From Patescibacteria group bacterium (GTDB lineage Bacteria > Patescibacteriota > Minisyncoccia > Phycocordibacterales > Phycocordibacteraceae): DNA of 64,000 bases. The stretch spans positions 14,075 through 78,074 of the forward strand of contig JAZKIS010000009.1 in the NCBI GenBank assembly GCA_040384725.1, in the 5' to 3' direction. This document shows, piece by piece, positions 37,841-47,082 of this stretch (position 1 is the stretch's first letter; every line of letters starts with the position of its first letter). The translations under genes and the position numbers were made by a program. The notes beneath the pieces are model-generated. The model was not told where the DNA came from. It was given only the letters and a program-made list of their open reading frames with translations, and did no database searches.

Positions 37841-39001
37841 ATGGCCTGCTTTCGCATCCTCGCGGTCATTCTCTTGGCGGCTTCTGCGCTTCCCGCAAGC
37901 CTTTCTGCGGCTACCTATGTGAGCGCGAGAACGCTCGTCGTCTCAGAGTCGCCGCTCGATAACGCGTACCTCGCCGGTACCGACGTTACGGTAGCGGCGC
38001 CTTTGCCGGCTGACGTACTCGCTGCTGGCGGCACGATCTCCATTGCCGCGCCCATAGCGGGTGACGCTACGGTTGCGGGCGGAACGGTTTCCGTAACCCG
38101 CCCCGTAGAAGGAGATCTGCGTGCAGTTGGTGCGCAGGTTATCGTGAGCGCCCCAGTTGCAGGCGACCTCGCGCTCGCGGGAGGTACAGTTACGGCGTCT
38201 TCAACGGCGACCGATACACGCATCATCGGCGGAACGGTACGAGTTACTGGAAGTGGCGGGAAGGTGGTCGTCTATGGTGCCGAGGTATACCTGTCCGGTA
38301 CGATCGAAGGCGACGTAGAGGTCACGGCCTCTGACCGCCTTACACTCCTCGAAGGGACCGTCATCAACGGCTCGCTTCGGTATGACGCGCCGCAGGAAGC
38401 AGCCATCCCCGCATCGGCTTCCGTGCTCGATGGGGTGACGTATACCGGCGCATCCTCCTATCTGCCAACGGTAGAGCAGGCACAGACCTTCGCGGTCGCC
38501 GGCGCGAGCGTGTTCCTGCTCGTCCGCATCCTTGCGGTCATTATCGCGGCAGCGCTCCTCGCCGGCCTCTTCCCGGTCTTTGCGCAGGCGGTAGCGGATC
38601 GTGCGCTCTCTCGCTCGCCGGGCAGGTTCGCGCTACTCGTGCTGCTAGGGTTCGCGGTCGTGTTCGCGACGCCTGTATTCATTTTCATACTGCTCATATC
38701 CTTCGTTGGTATGGGGGTTGCATTCCTCCTCCTTGCGCTCTATATGCTCTTACTGATGCTCGGCTACCTCTACGCCGGCGTGCTTGCGGGTGCCGCGCTC
38801 GGGCGCGGACTCATGAAGCGCGAGATCGTTACATGGAAGCTCGCGATCCTCGGCATGCTCGTCCTCTACCTGATAAGCATTGTACCGATCATCGGCGGCA
38901 TCCTTACGTTCATTCTTTTCCTTGCTGCAACCGGAACCATCGTTATGCTCGCACATCGTTTCGCGTTCGGGAGAATCCAGGAAGATCCGCTCATCGACTA
39001 G
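37841..39001 (+). CDS. Hypothetical exported/membrane protein with bactofilin-like repeats and C-terminal TM bundle
   Basis: Signal peptide, repeated GD..V.AG.V..S motifs, and four C-terminal TM helices. Confidence 0.45.
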   Translation: MACFRILAVILLAASALPASLSAATYVSARTLVVSESPLDNAYLAGTDVTVAAPLPADVLAAGGTISIAAPIAGDATVAGGTVSVTRPVEGDLRAVGAQVIVSAPVAGDLALAGGTVTASSTATDTRIIGGTVRVTGSGGKVVVYGAEVYLSGTIEGDVEVTASDRLTLLEGTVINGSLRYDAPQEAAIPASASVLDGVTYTGASSYLPTVEQAQTFAVAGASVFLLVRILAVIIAAALLAGLFPVFAQAVADRALSRSPGRFALLVLLGFAVVFATPVFIFILLISFVGMGVAFLLLALYMLLLMLGYLYAGVLAGAALGRGLMKREIVTWKLAILGMLVLYLISIVPIIGGILTFILFLAATGTIVMLAHRFAFGRIQEDPLID

Positions 39002-39004
39002 CCT

Positions 39005-39475
39005 ATGATCCCCGCGACCGGAACCCTTGCCCCTGATTTCACCCTTCTCGACCAGGACGGCGTCCCGCATACGCTCTCACAGCATCGAGGAAGTCGGGTG
39101 CTCCTCTATTTCTATCCGAAGGATGATACGCCAGGCTGCACGAAACAGGCGTGCATGCTTCGCGATGCATTGCCCGACTTCGCGGCGCTCGACGCGATTG
39201 TCTACGGCATCTCGGCAGATTCCGTAAAGAGCCATAAGAAGTTCGCGGATAAGTACGGGCTGTCATTTACCTTGCTCGCTGACGAGCACAAGGAAGTCGT
39301 GAATGCATACGGCGTATGGGGAAAGAAGAAGATGATGGGAAGGGAATACGACGGCATCTTCCGTACCTCGTTCTTGATCGCTCCAGACGGCACTATCGAG
39401 AAGGTGTATGAGAACGTGAAGCCAGAGCTCCATGCGGCACAGGTACTCGCAGATCTTAACGAAGCGAATGGATAG
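39005..39475 (+). CDS. bcp: Thiol peroxidase Bcp (peroxiredoxin)
   Basis: FYPKDDTPGCTKQAC peroxidatic motif. Confidence 0.9.
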   Translation: MIPATGTLAPDFTLLDQDGVPHTLSQHRGSRVLLYFYPKDDTPGCTKQACMLRDALPDFAALDAIVYGISADSVKSHKKFADKYGLSFTLLADEHKEVVNAYGVWGKKKMMGREYDGIFRTSFLIAPDGTIEKVYENVKPELHAAQVLADLNEANG

Positions 39476-40700
39476 GTACGACGTAATCGTTATCGGAGCT
39501 GGCGTCGCAGGTCTTGCTGCTGCCCAAGAGCTTACAAAAGCAGGGGAAAGCGTCGTGGTGCTTGAAGCGCAGGACTATATCGGCGGGAGGATTAAGACGT
39601 TGCGCGAGCGGGGCGTTGTTGAAGCTGGAGCTGAGTTCGTTCATGGCGAGTATGCTCGCACATGGGAAACGATTCGCGATGCAGGAATAACGACATCTGA
39701 ATGGAAAGTCTCGGATGCATCGATCCCGCACCGCAGCTATGGCGACGAAGGATCGTTACGGCCAATCCCACCAGCACTCGTCAAGGAAGCAGACGCATTG
39801 AGGGCCTGTGTGTATGCCTATGAGGGGCCAGAGATATCGCTCGCTGATTATCTGCTTACGCAAACAGTATCTGAAGAGGCACGAGTGATGGTTGACGATG
39901 CTTTATCGAGGCTCGAAGCAACGGATGCCGACAAGCTGAGCGTGCTCGGTATGGCTCGTGCAAGCAAGCAAGCATCGAACGGGCACCAGAATTTCTTCCT
40001 GCCTGACGGCTACGATCGCATTCCAGAGAAACTTGCCGAAGGACTCGATATTAGGCTGGCGCATGCCGTGTCAGGGATCGTGTGGAAGAAAGGAGATGTA
40101 CACATTACCTGTTCCAATAGCTCTACTTTCTCTGCGTCCTCGATCATAATTACGGTCCCGCTCGGCGTGCTACAGCAGGCAAGGATATCGTTCTCGCCTG
40201 AATTGCCAGTATCTTTTACTGAGGCGCTCGGGAAAATAGGTTTCGGACAGACAACGAAATCCACCTTCTGGATTCGAGGTTGGGTCCCCTCATTCCGCAT
40301 GCTTCTTACGCGGTACTCGTTGAGTTTCTGGCAGCGCACCTTTGGCGAGGAAACAGTGGTCGTTGGCTATTGCGGAGGTTCACTCGCGGAGAGACTCGCG
40401 GTGTTGTCTGAAAAAGAGGCTCTCGAGTACTCATTGTCAGCTCTTGCGGATGCTCTAGGTCCAGATATCCGAGAGCAAGTTGTTCACGCTCGACATTTCA
40501 CTTGGTCTGACAATCCCTACATACAGGGTGCTTACAGCTACCCCAAGCTCCACATGGGAAATGCTCGCGAGATTATTCGTACCCCAATCGAACATACGAT
40601 TTTCTATGCAGGGGAGGCGACGCATACGAGTGGCCACGCAGCGACGGTGCATGGTGCAATCGAAGAAGGAATCGATGCAGCGCGGCGACTACTTGGCTAA
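39468..40700 (+). CDS. Flavin-containing amine oxidoreductase family protein
   Basis: Dinucleotide-binding VIVIGAGVAGLAAA and a C-terminal ..FYAGEATH.. amine-oxidase motif. The ORF is open from 39432. Confidence 0.75.
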   Translation: MDRYDVIVIGAGVAGLAAAQELTKAGESVVVLEAQDYIGGRIKTLRERGVVEAGAEFVHGEYARTWETIRDAGITTSEWKVSDASIPHRSYGDEGSLRPIPPALVKEADALRACVYAYEGPEISLADYLLTQTVSEEARVMVDDALSRLEATDADKLSVLGMARASKQASNGHQNFFLPDGYDRIPEKLAEGLDIRLAHAVSGIVWKKGDVHITCSNSSTFSASSIIITVPLGVLQQARISFSPELPVSFTEALGKIGFGQTTKSTFWIRGWVPSFRMLLTRYSLSFWQRTFGEETVVVGYCGGSLAERLAVLSEKEALEYSLSALADALGPDIREQVVHARHFTWSDNPYIQGAYSYPKLHMGNAREIIRTPIEHTIFYAGEATHTSGHAATVHGAIEEGIDAARRLLG

Positions 40701-40711
40701 GTATAGCGATT

Positions 40712-41386
40712 ATGCATACCACCCACTCTACCGTTGAAGAGCGTACGGCTCGTGCAAAAAAGATCGTCGCCTACCTGAAGAAAGCGTATCCGGTTCCTGA
40801 GACCGAGCTCACCTTCAAGACCCCCATACAGCTCGTGGTGGCGGTCATGCTCTCTGCGCAATCAACCGACAAGCGAGTGAATCTAGTAACGAAGGAACTA
40901 TATAAGCGGTATAAGACCGTGAACGATTTCGCTGATGCGGACCTCGTTGCGTTCACGGACGAGATATCCTCCATAACGTTCTACAAGAACAAGGCACGGC
41001 ACATCAAGGCAACCGCTACGATGATCCGCGACGAGTTCAAGGGGAAGGTACCGAAGACCGAAGCAGAGCTCGTACGGCTTCCGGGCGTCGCATATAAGAC
41101 GGCCCACGTCATCCTCGGAGAGCTGCATGATATATGGGAGGGGATTCCAACCGATACGCACGTGCGCCGGTTCGCCCTTCGCTTCGACCTCACGGCAAAC
41201 ACGGAACTAACGAAGATATCGAAGGATCTCGAAGCACTCATACCGAAGAAGGATTGGAAGTACGTGAACAACGGGTTCGTGCTGTATGGCCGCTATCTCT
41301 GCAACGCGCTCCCGCATCCGTGCGAGAATCATCCGTTAACGAAGATATGGCCGCCAGCTGCGGGGCGGTGGCCGAAGGCGAAATAG
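40712..41386 (+). CDS. nth: Endonuclease III-like HhH-GPD DNA glycosylase (no complete 4Fe-4S cysteine set)
   Basis: HhH (LPGVAYKTAHVIL) and a catalytic Asp region. Only 2 Cys (C-x6-C) at the C-terminus instead of C-x6-C-x2-C-x5-C. Confidence 0.7.
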   Translation: MHTTHSTVEERTARAKKIVAYLKKAYPVPETELTFKTPIQLVVAVMLSAQSTDKRVNLVTKELYKRYKTVNDFADADLVAFTDEISSITFYKNKARHIKATATMIRDEFKGKVPKTEAELVRLPGVAYKTAHVILGELHDIWEGIPTDTHVRRFALRFDLTANTELTKISKDLEALIPKKDWKYVNNGFVLYGRYLCNALPHPCENHPLTKIWPPAAGRWPKAK

Positions 41387-41440
41387 TATGCGAAAAGACC
41401 GCCCGTCACCCGAAGGTGAAAGGCGGCTTCGAAATCAGTA

Positions 41441-41896
41441 CTACTTGCGTCGTTGCCCTCGTTGTCGTTCGAGGAAGTCAGCGAACCTGGCGAGCTTCGC
41501 ATAGTATCGCTGTTCGATGGTACGGCCGAGGTCGGGCGTGTCGCAGAAGAGTTCGCGCGGCAGAAGCGCAAGCGTTCCTGCGCCGTCGAACGAAAGCTCG
41601 AAATCGAACTCGATTTTCCGATCGATGCGGTCACGGTCACGGATGAGCAGACGAGTGTCTCGTGCCTGATCGTCCAGATCGTCGCTCTCATCATAGTACT
41701 TGAGAACGAGACCGGTCAGACGTCCCTGGCTTTTGGCTCCGGAGAACCGAAAGACAGGTATGCGGGGCGAGTCGTCGCCATCAGCGAAATTCGCTTCAAT
41801 CGCGGTCGCATCGAAGCCGAGCCCTGTGAGCGCTCGAATGAGTCGAGTGATGGAACCGGCGTCGTTCGCCGCTTCAACCTGTACTGCTTGAGCCAT
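41441..41896 (-). CDS. Hypothetical protein
   Basis: The ORF is open to 41938. No family recognised. Confidence 0.4.
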   Translation of the reverse strand: MAQAVQVEAANDAGSITRLIRALTGLGFDATAIEANFADGDDSPRIPVFRFSGAKSQGRLTGLVLKYYDESDDLDDQARDTRLLIRDRDRIDRKIEFDFELSFDGAGTLALLPRELFCDTPDLGRTIEQRYYAKLARFADFLERQRGQRRK

Positions 41897-42000
41897 TGTG
41901 TTCTTCCCTCCCAGGAACAATTTCCTATAATAAATCATACTCTTATTCCATTCTTTGTCAAAGAATCCTCATTCTAAACGCGTCTTGGTATACTCTTGGT

Positions 42001-42228
42001 ATGGAAAAGAAACTCACCAGAAGCAGGGAGCACCGCGTACTCGCCGGCGTCATGGGCGGACTCGGAGAATTCTTCGGCGTAGACCCGGTCCTGCTCCGTC
42101 TCGGCTACCTCATCCTTACGGTCTTCACGGGATTCATTCCGGGCATCGTCGGGTACGCGCTCGCTATCGTTATCGTGCCAGAAGCGCCTCTCGCGGCGGT
42201 GAAGAGCGATGACACCGACCCGCTTTAG
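42001..42228 (+). CDS. PspC-domain protein
   Basis: LTRSREHRVLAGVMGGLGEFFGVDPVLLRLGYLIL matches the PspC N-terminal domain. The ORF is open from 41896. Confidence 0.65.
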   Translation: MEKKLTRSREHRVLAGVMGGLGEFFGVDPVLLRLGYLILTVFTGFIPGIVGYALAIVIVPEAPLAAVKSDDTDPL

Positions 42229-43018
42229 GAATCTCGTTCTCGCGCACTATAAGAAGCAGGGAAGGCACGATCTTCCTTGGAGAAAGACACGAGATCCGTA
42301 CCGTATTCTCGTGTCTGAAGTTATGCTGCAACAGACGCAGGTAGAACGCGTGATCCCGTTCTACGATGCGTTCCTGAAAGAGTTCCCGAACGTTGCGGCA
42401 CTCGCACATGCACCGCTGTCGCGCGTGCTCATTCGGTGGCAAGGGCTCGGCTATAACCGCCGTGCAAAGATGCTCTATGAGGCGGCAAAAGTAGTAACGA
42501 AGGAGTATGCAGGAAAGATGCCAAATAGGGTCGAAGCGCTCGAAAGGCTTCCTGGCGTCGGACATTACACCGCACGCGCCATAGCAGCGTTCGCCTACAA
42601 CACGGACGTTATTTTCATAGAGACGAATCTGCGTACCGCCGTTACGCATCACTTCTTTCCGAATGAGGAGAACGTAAACGATAAGGAGATACTCTTGATA
42701 CTCGAGAAGGCCTTCAGCAAAGGAACGAGCAGGGAGTGGTATTCCGCGCTCATGGACTACGGAGCGTTCCTCAAGCGCTCAGGCATTCGTATAAACGCGA
42801 AGAGCAAGACATACACGAAGCAATCGAAGTTCGCAGGCTCTAGTAGGGAAATGCGAGGCACCATTCTCAGAGCCTTAACGAAAGGACAAAAGACCGAAGC
42901 ATCCCTTCTTATCATTCTCGGACCTGAACGATCCGAACAGGTCCGCACACAGCTCAAAAAGCTCCTCGACGAAGGCTTTATAGAAAAGAAGCGAACGACG
43001 TATCGGCTCGCATCCTAG
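42209..43018 (+). CDS. MutY-like HhH-GPD adenine DNA glycosylase lacking Fe-S cluster motif, with C-terminal wHTH-like domain
   Basis: WRKTRDPYRILVSEVMLQQTQVERVIPFY.F matches the MutY N-terminus, with HhH LPGVGHYTARAI. There is no Cys cluster. Confidence 0.65.
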   Translation: MTPTRFRNLVLAHYKKQGRHDLPWRKTRDPYRILVSEVMLQQTQVERVIPFYDAFLKEFPNVAALAHAPLSRVLIRWQGLGYNRRAKMLYEAAKVVTKEYAGKMPNRVEALERLPGVGHYTARAIAAFAYNTDVIFIETNLRTAVTHHFFPNEENVNDKEILLILEKAFSKGTSREWYSALMDYGAFLKRSGIRINAKSKTYTKQSKFAGSSREMRGTILRALTKGQKTEASLLIILGPERSEQVRTQLKKLLDEGFIEKKRTTYRLAS

Positions 43019-44169
43019 CGCACGTCGCGAAGAGGAATCGATACAATAATGCCGAGCGCAACGATGAGCGCTCCTGAAACCATAAAGAAGACGAGATAGT
43101 TTCCCGTAATAAGCAGCACGCTCGCGAAGAGCGGGGCAATGAGTGCCCCTACAGGGCGCATCATACGGAAGACGCTGATAGTGTTGGCATCGCGCTCAGA
43201 GACTCTCCGGAAGAAATGACTCTCAACCATTGCCTCAGACAAGGCGCCGCCGATTCTCGACACAAAGAGGATCGCCGCTATGACGATGAGTGGCGTCGTG
43301 GCGATTATGAATCCGACGGCCGCGAACGCGGTTCCCATGATAATGAAGCCTGCGATGAGGAGCTCCTTGTCCCCGAGCCAACGATCTGCGATCCAGCCCG
43401 CCGGGTATTCGATGAATACGAACGGAAGGAGCATGATCGCGAACACCCAGCCGAGGTCGCTCCATGGGAAGCCGAGCACGGTATGGAGATAGAGCGGGAT
43501 GTAGAGGGGTGCTAAATGGAAGAAGAACTGCAAGACGCCGTTGCCGAGCGCCGCGGCACGCAGATCAGGATCGGACCAGAGACAGAAGCAGGTCGAGCGC
43601 ACGGCAGCCAGGTGCGGCGGCTCTCCTTCAGGGAGCTTCTCGAACAATAGAAGTGCTATGAACGGCGTGAGTGAGAGCGAAGCGGCGAGGAAGACGCGCC
43701 AGTAGGCTTCCGTTCCGTCCAGAAGGAATCCGATGAGGAGCGGCGCGATGATAAGGGCGAGGCTTCCTGCTGTTATGAAAAGGGTGCGCGTGCGGCCCGT
43801 ATTGGTCTCTGCCGACGTCGCCGCTTCGAGCAAGAGATCGAGCTGGTAGGCGATGAGGGGTGAGGCTGCGCAGACGAGAGCGACGCAGAGGATCGCGAAC
43901 ACCATGCTCGGAGAGAGAGCGAGCACGGACACCGTTACGGCCTGCACAAAGGCCAGTCCTATAGCCATGCGCTTGGCGCCGAACGCGCGGACCATACGCG
44001 GCATGAAAGGGAATACCGAGAGTGTAATGAGTGCACCCAAGGAAACGACGAGCCCGGTCTGCGCTTCCGGCATGAACAGCGCCAGATACGGCGCGACGAT
44101 GTATATCACTAAGAAAAAGTGCGCGGCACCGAAGAAGTTTCCGATGGAAAGGACAAGACGCGAGTGCAT
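43015..44169 (-). CDS. MFS transporter
   Basis: 12 predicted TM helices, 384 aa. Confidence 0.85.
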   Translation of the reverse strand: MHSRLVLSIGNFFGAAHFFLVIYIVAPYLALFMPEAQTGLVVSLGALITLSVFPFMPRMVRAFGAKRMAIGLAFVQAVTVSVLALSPSMVFAILCVALVCAASPLIAYQLDLLLEAATSAETNTGRTRTLFITAGSLALIIAPLLIGFLLDGTEAYWRVFLAASLSLTPFIALLLFEKLPEGEPPHLAAVRSTCFCLWSDPDLRAAALGNGVLQFFFHLAPLYIPLYLHTVLGFPWSDLGWVFAIMLLPFVFIEYPAGWIADRWLGDKELLIAGFIIMGTAFAAVGFIIATTPLIVIAAILFVSRIGGALSEAMVESHFFRRVSERDANTISVFRMMRPVGALIAPLFASVLLITGNYLVFFMVSGALIVALGIIVSIPLRDVR

Positions 44170-44289
44170 TAGGTGCTATTTTAGCACCCGTTCGCAATGT
44201 CTCTGCTGCATGCAGGTACCAACGGGGCGTAGGAACCGTATGTCTGGAACCCTTTTGTAATACATGGTAGGTTCTGTCTAGACTGAGCA

Positions 44290-44622
44290 ATGGGGTTTAT
44301 CATGAGTGAGAAAGAGAGCTACGAGCTGGTGCTCGTAAATCATACGGCCGGCATAACAAGCGGCTGCGCAAAGTGTCGAGCGGTTCTCCGTTCCGGCACA
44401 TGGGTGGTTGGACTGAAGATCGGCGCCATCAACTACGTAGTCGGCGCCAACCCTCCCGTCACGTGCTGCGGAGAGGAGAAGCAAGTACTCGAGGCATTCG
44501 ATTCTGAAGAAGAAGCCCGTGTCCTTTCCCGAGAAGTGCAGATGATACTGAACGAACAGGGCAGTACCGAGAACTTGATCCTGTACCAAGCCGTTCGAAT
44601 GATTTCCGAGGCAACACACTGA
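44290..44622 (+). CDS. Hypothetical protein
   Basis: 110 aa. No family recognised. Confidence 0.4.
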   Translation: MGFIMSEKESYELVLVNHTAGITSGCAKCRAVLRSGTWVVGLKIGAINYVVGANPPVTCCGEEKQVLEAFDSEEEARVLSREVQMILNEQGSTENLILYQAVRMISEATH

Positions 44623-44699
44623 AACAAGGCCGAAAGCAGTAATGCGAGTAGGCTTTTTCCTTTGCTAGTAGTCTAGGACGATGCTGGAATTTTTACGTT

Positions 44700-44729
44700 A
44701 AGCGGCCCCGGGCATACCCGGGGCCGCTT
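44700..44729. terminator. Terminator hairpin
   Basis: aagcggccccggg-cata-cccggggccgctt, perfect 13-bp stem. Confidence 0.6.
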
Positions 44730-44732
44730 GGG

Positions 44733-44894
44733 CTATAGGCCCAGTTTCTTGAGAGATTTCTTGGGACCGAGCCTGGTCAACTCATCGATGACTTTTGCCC
44801 AGTCTGCATCGTCCTCAAGCTTTTGCTTGCTGAAAAAACGATACAGCGCAGATCGGACCTTGTCAGAGACTCCGCCCATCTTGTTGTCGCTCAT
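44733..44894 (-). CDS. Hypothetical small protein
   Basis: The ORF is open to 44954. Downstream terminator present. Confidence 0.35.
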   Translation of the reverse strand: MSDNKMGGVSDKVRSALYRFFSKQKLEDDADWAKVIDELTRLGPKKSLKKLGL

Positions 44895-44984
44895 CTTCCA
44901 CCCTTTCGATTGAACAGCTAATTGGAAACTACCGCTTGGATGGTAACAAGTCAAATTGCTGGCAAACTAGGAATCGCACCAAAA

Positions 44985-45022
44985 CGAAAGCCGCCCGACA
45001 AATGTCGGGCGGCTTTCGTTCG
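44985..45022 (-). terminator. RNase J gene terminator
   Basis: cgaaagccgcccgaca-aat-gtcgggcggctttcg. On the minus strand it is followed by a U-rich tract. Confidence 0.55.
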
Positions 45023-45028
45023 TCGTCG

Positions 45029-46963
45029 TTAGACGCCGATCAATACCGGAATAACCATCGGTGCCTTGTTCGTTCGGGTGAACAGGTAACCGGCCATGGT
45101 GTCCGAGAGCGCGTTCTTCACAAAGTCGAGATCAACCGGATTCATGCCCTCGGTCGAGTCCTCAACGGTCTTCTTGATGAGGAGACGTGCCTGGTTGAGC
45201 ATGTCCTGGTTCTCGCGTAGGTACACGAAGCCGCGCGAGATGATGTCCGGAGACTTGCGGAGCTTTCCGGTCTTCAGGTTAACCGTCGCGATGATAACGA
45301 ACATGCCGTCCTTCGCGAGCATCTGGCGGTCGCGGATAACCACCTCCTGGAGGTCGCTGATCGAGAAGCCGTCAACCACGAGCGGAGAGGACGGAACCTT
45401 CTGCTTGTGGATGTTCAAGGTCTCGCCGCCGTTCTCGATGTCGATAACGGTGCCGTTGTCGGCAACGATGATCGACTCGCGCGGACGTCCTGCCTGCTCG
45501 ACCGCCTTCGCATGCGAAGCCGTCATCGAGTAGTAGCCGTAGGCCGGCATGAAGTACTTGGCGTTGACCTGCTGGTTGATCCAGATGAGCTCGCCGGTGT
45601 TTCCGTGTCCGGTCGAGTGCACGTCCGAGGAACGATAGTGGATAAGCGAAGCGCCGCTGCGGTACAGGTGATCCTTCAGGCGCTGCACGGAGATCTCGTT
45701 TCCTGGAATAACCGAGGATGAGAGGACAACGGTGTCGCGGCTCGTAAGGGTGATCGACTTGTGCTGCTTGGTCGCGATACGCATCAAGGCCGCGAATTCC
45801 TCGCCCTGGGCTCCGGTCGAGAGGACAACGATCTTGTCCGGAGGATAGTCGCCGATCTCTGCGGACGTGATGATCGTCTCCTTCTTAACCTTGAGGAGGC
45901 CGGTCTTCTGCGCGATTTCGAGGTTGGTCTTGATCGAGCGTCCTTCGGTGACGACCTTCTTGCCGAGCGATTCCGCGATCTCGATGATGCGGACCATGCG
46001 CTCGAACTGCGAGGCGAAGGTGCCGATGATGAGGCGGCCCTTCACGGTCTTGATGATCTCCTCGAGGGTCTCGTGGACCTTGCGCTCAGGGACGGAGAAT
46101 CCGTCACGCTCAGCGTTGGTTGAGTCCGCGATGAAGAAGAGGTTCTTCTGTGCGGCTAGGATGCCCCACTTTTTCTGCTCAGCGGGAGTAGGAATGCCGT
46201 TCTCGTGGTCGAGCTTGAGGTCTCCGGTCGCAATGACGTTGCCGTACGGCGTCTCCACCGCGATGCCCATAGAGTCCGGGATCGAGTGGGTAACCGGGAA
46301 GAACTGGACCTTGGTCGAGCCGATGGTCATGGTGCTCCCAGGCTCAACGGTAACGATATTGAGCTCGGCCTGATCAGGATATTCCTCCTGACGCTTCTTG
46401 ATCATTACGGCAGAGAGATTCTGCGTGTAGATCGGGGGATTGCCCATGCGCTCCATAAGGAACGGGATGCCGCCGATGTGGTCGAGGTGGCCGTGCGTAA
46501 TGAAGATGCCGCGGATGCGGTCCTTGTTAACCTCGAGGTACTTGGTGTTCGGGAGGACATAGTCGACGCCCGGCTGCGTATCCTCGGATACGAACTGGAA
46601 GCCGACATCGAAGACGAAGATGTCGCCGTTCGTTTCAACGGTGAACATGTTGCGTCCCACTTCCTCGACGCCTCCAAGAGGGACGATGCGGACAACGTCC
46701 TTGCCTGGGGCTGCCGGGAGGTACTCGGGCGCTTTCTTCTCGGCTCGTTCGCCGCCCTGAGACGGGCTGCCGGGACGGCCGAGCGAGCGGCGGATGTTGT
46801 CGCTCGCGGTGCCGGGACGTCCGCCGGTGCGCGTACGGGTACCGCGTCCACGTCCTCCGCGAGGAGGACGAGGGGGTGCTCCTTCAGCTCTCGGAGCGCG
46901 AGGCTCTGAGCTTTGGTTTGAGCGAGGGCTTGGCGCCGGAGCCGGCGCGGGTGCTGCTGACAT
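45029..46963 (-). CDS. rnj: Ribonuclease J with N-terminal Pro/Arg/Gly-rich extension
   Basis: Metallo-beta-lactamase HGHLDHIG, beta-CASP and a C-terminal domain. The roughly 90-aa N-terminal PAPAPAP/RGGRGRG tract is an extension. Confidence 0.9.
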   Translation of the reverse strand: MSAAPAPAPAPSPRSNQSSEPRAPRAEGAPPRPPRGGRGRGTRTRTGGRPGTASDNIRRSLGRPGSPSQGGERAEKKAPEYLPAAPGKDVVRIVPLGGVEEVGRNMFTVETNGDIFVFDVGFQFVSEDTQPGVDYVLPNTKYLEVNKDRIRGIFITHGHLDHIGGIPFLMERMGNPPIYTQNLSAVMIKKRQEEYPDQAELNIVTVEPGSTMTIGSTKVQFFPVTHSIPDSMGIAVETPYGNVIATGDLKLDHENGIPTPAEQKKWGILAAQKNLFFIADSTNAERDGFSVPERKVHETLEEIIKTVKGRLIIGTFASQFERMVRIIEIAESLGKKVVTEGRSIKTNLEIAQKTGLLKVKKETIITSAEIGDYPPDKIVVLSTGAQGEEFAALMRIATKQHKSITLTSRDTVVLSSSVIPGNEISVQRLKDHLYRSGASLIHYRSSDVHSTGHGNTGELIWINQQVNAKYFMPAYGYYSMTASHAKAVEQAGRPRESIIVADNGTVIDIENGGETLNIHKQKVPSSPLVVDGFSISDLQEVVIRDRQMLAKDGMFVIIATVNLKTGKLRKSPDIISRGFVYLRENQDMLNQARLLIKKTVEDSTEGMNPVDLDFVKNALSDTMAGYLFTRTNKAPMVIPVLIGV

Positions 46964-47082
46964 AATAAGTAGTTAGTTGTTAGAAAAATAATTTAGGTGC
47001 ACACCAGATATCGTGTTGTAACGATCGGTTTCAGTGCGCAGTTGGCAGCCAAGAGGGAAGCACGTTCCAGGCTATCAACTGA

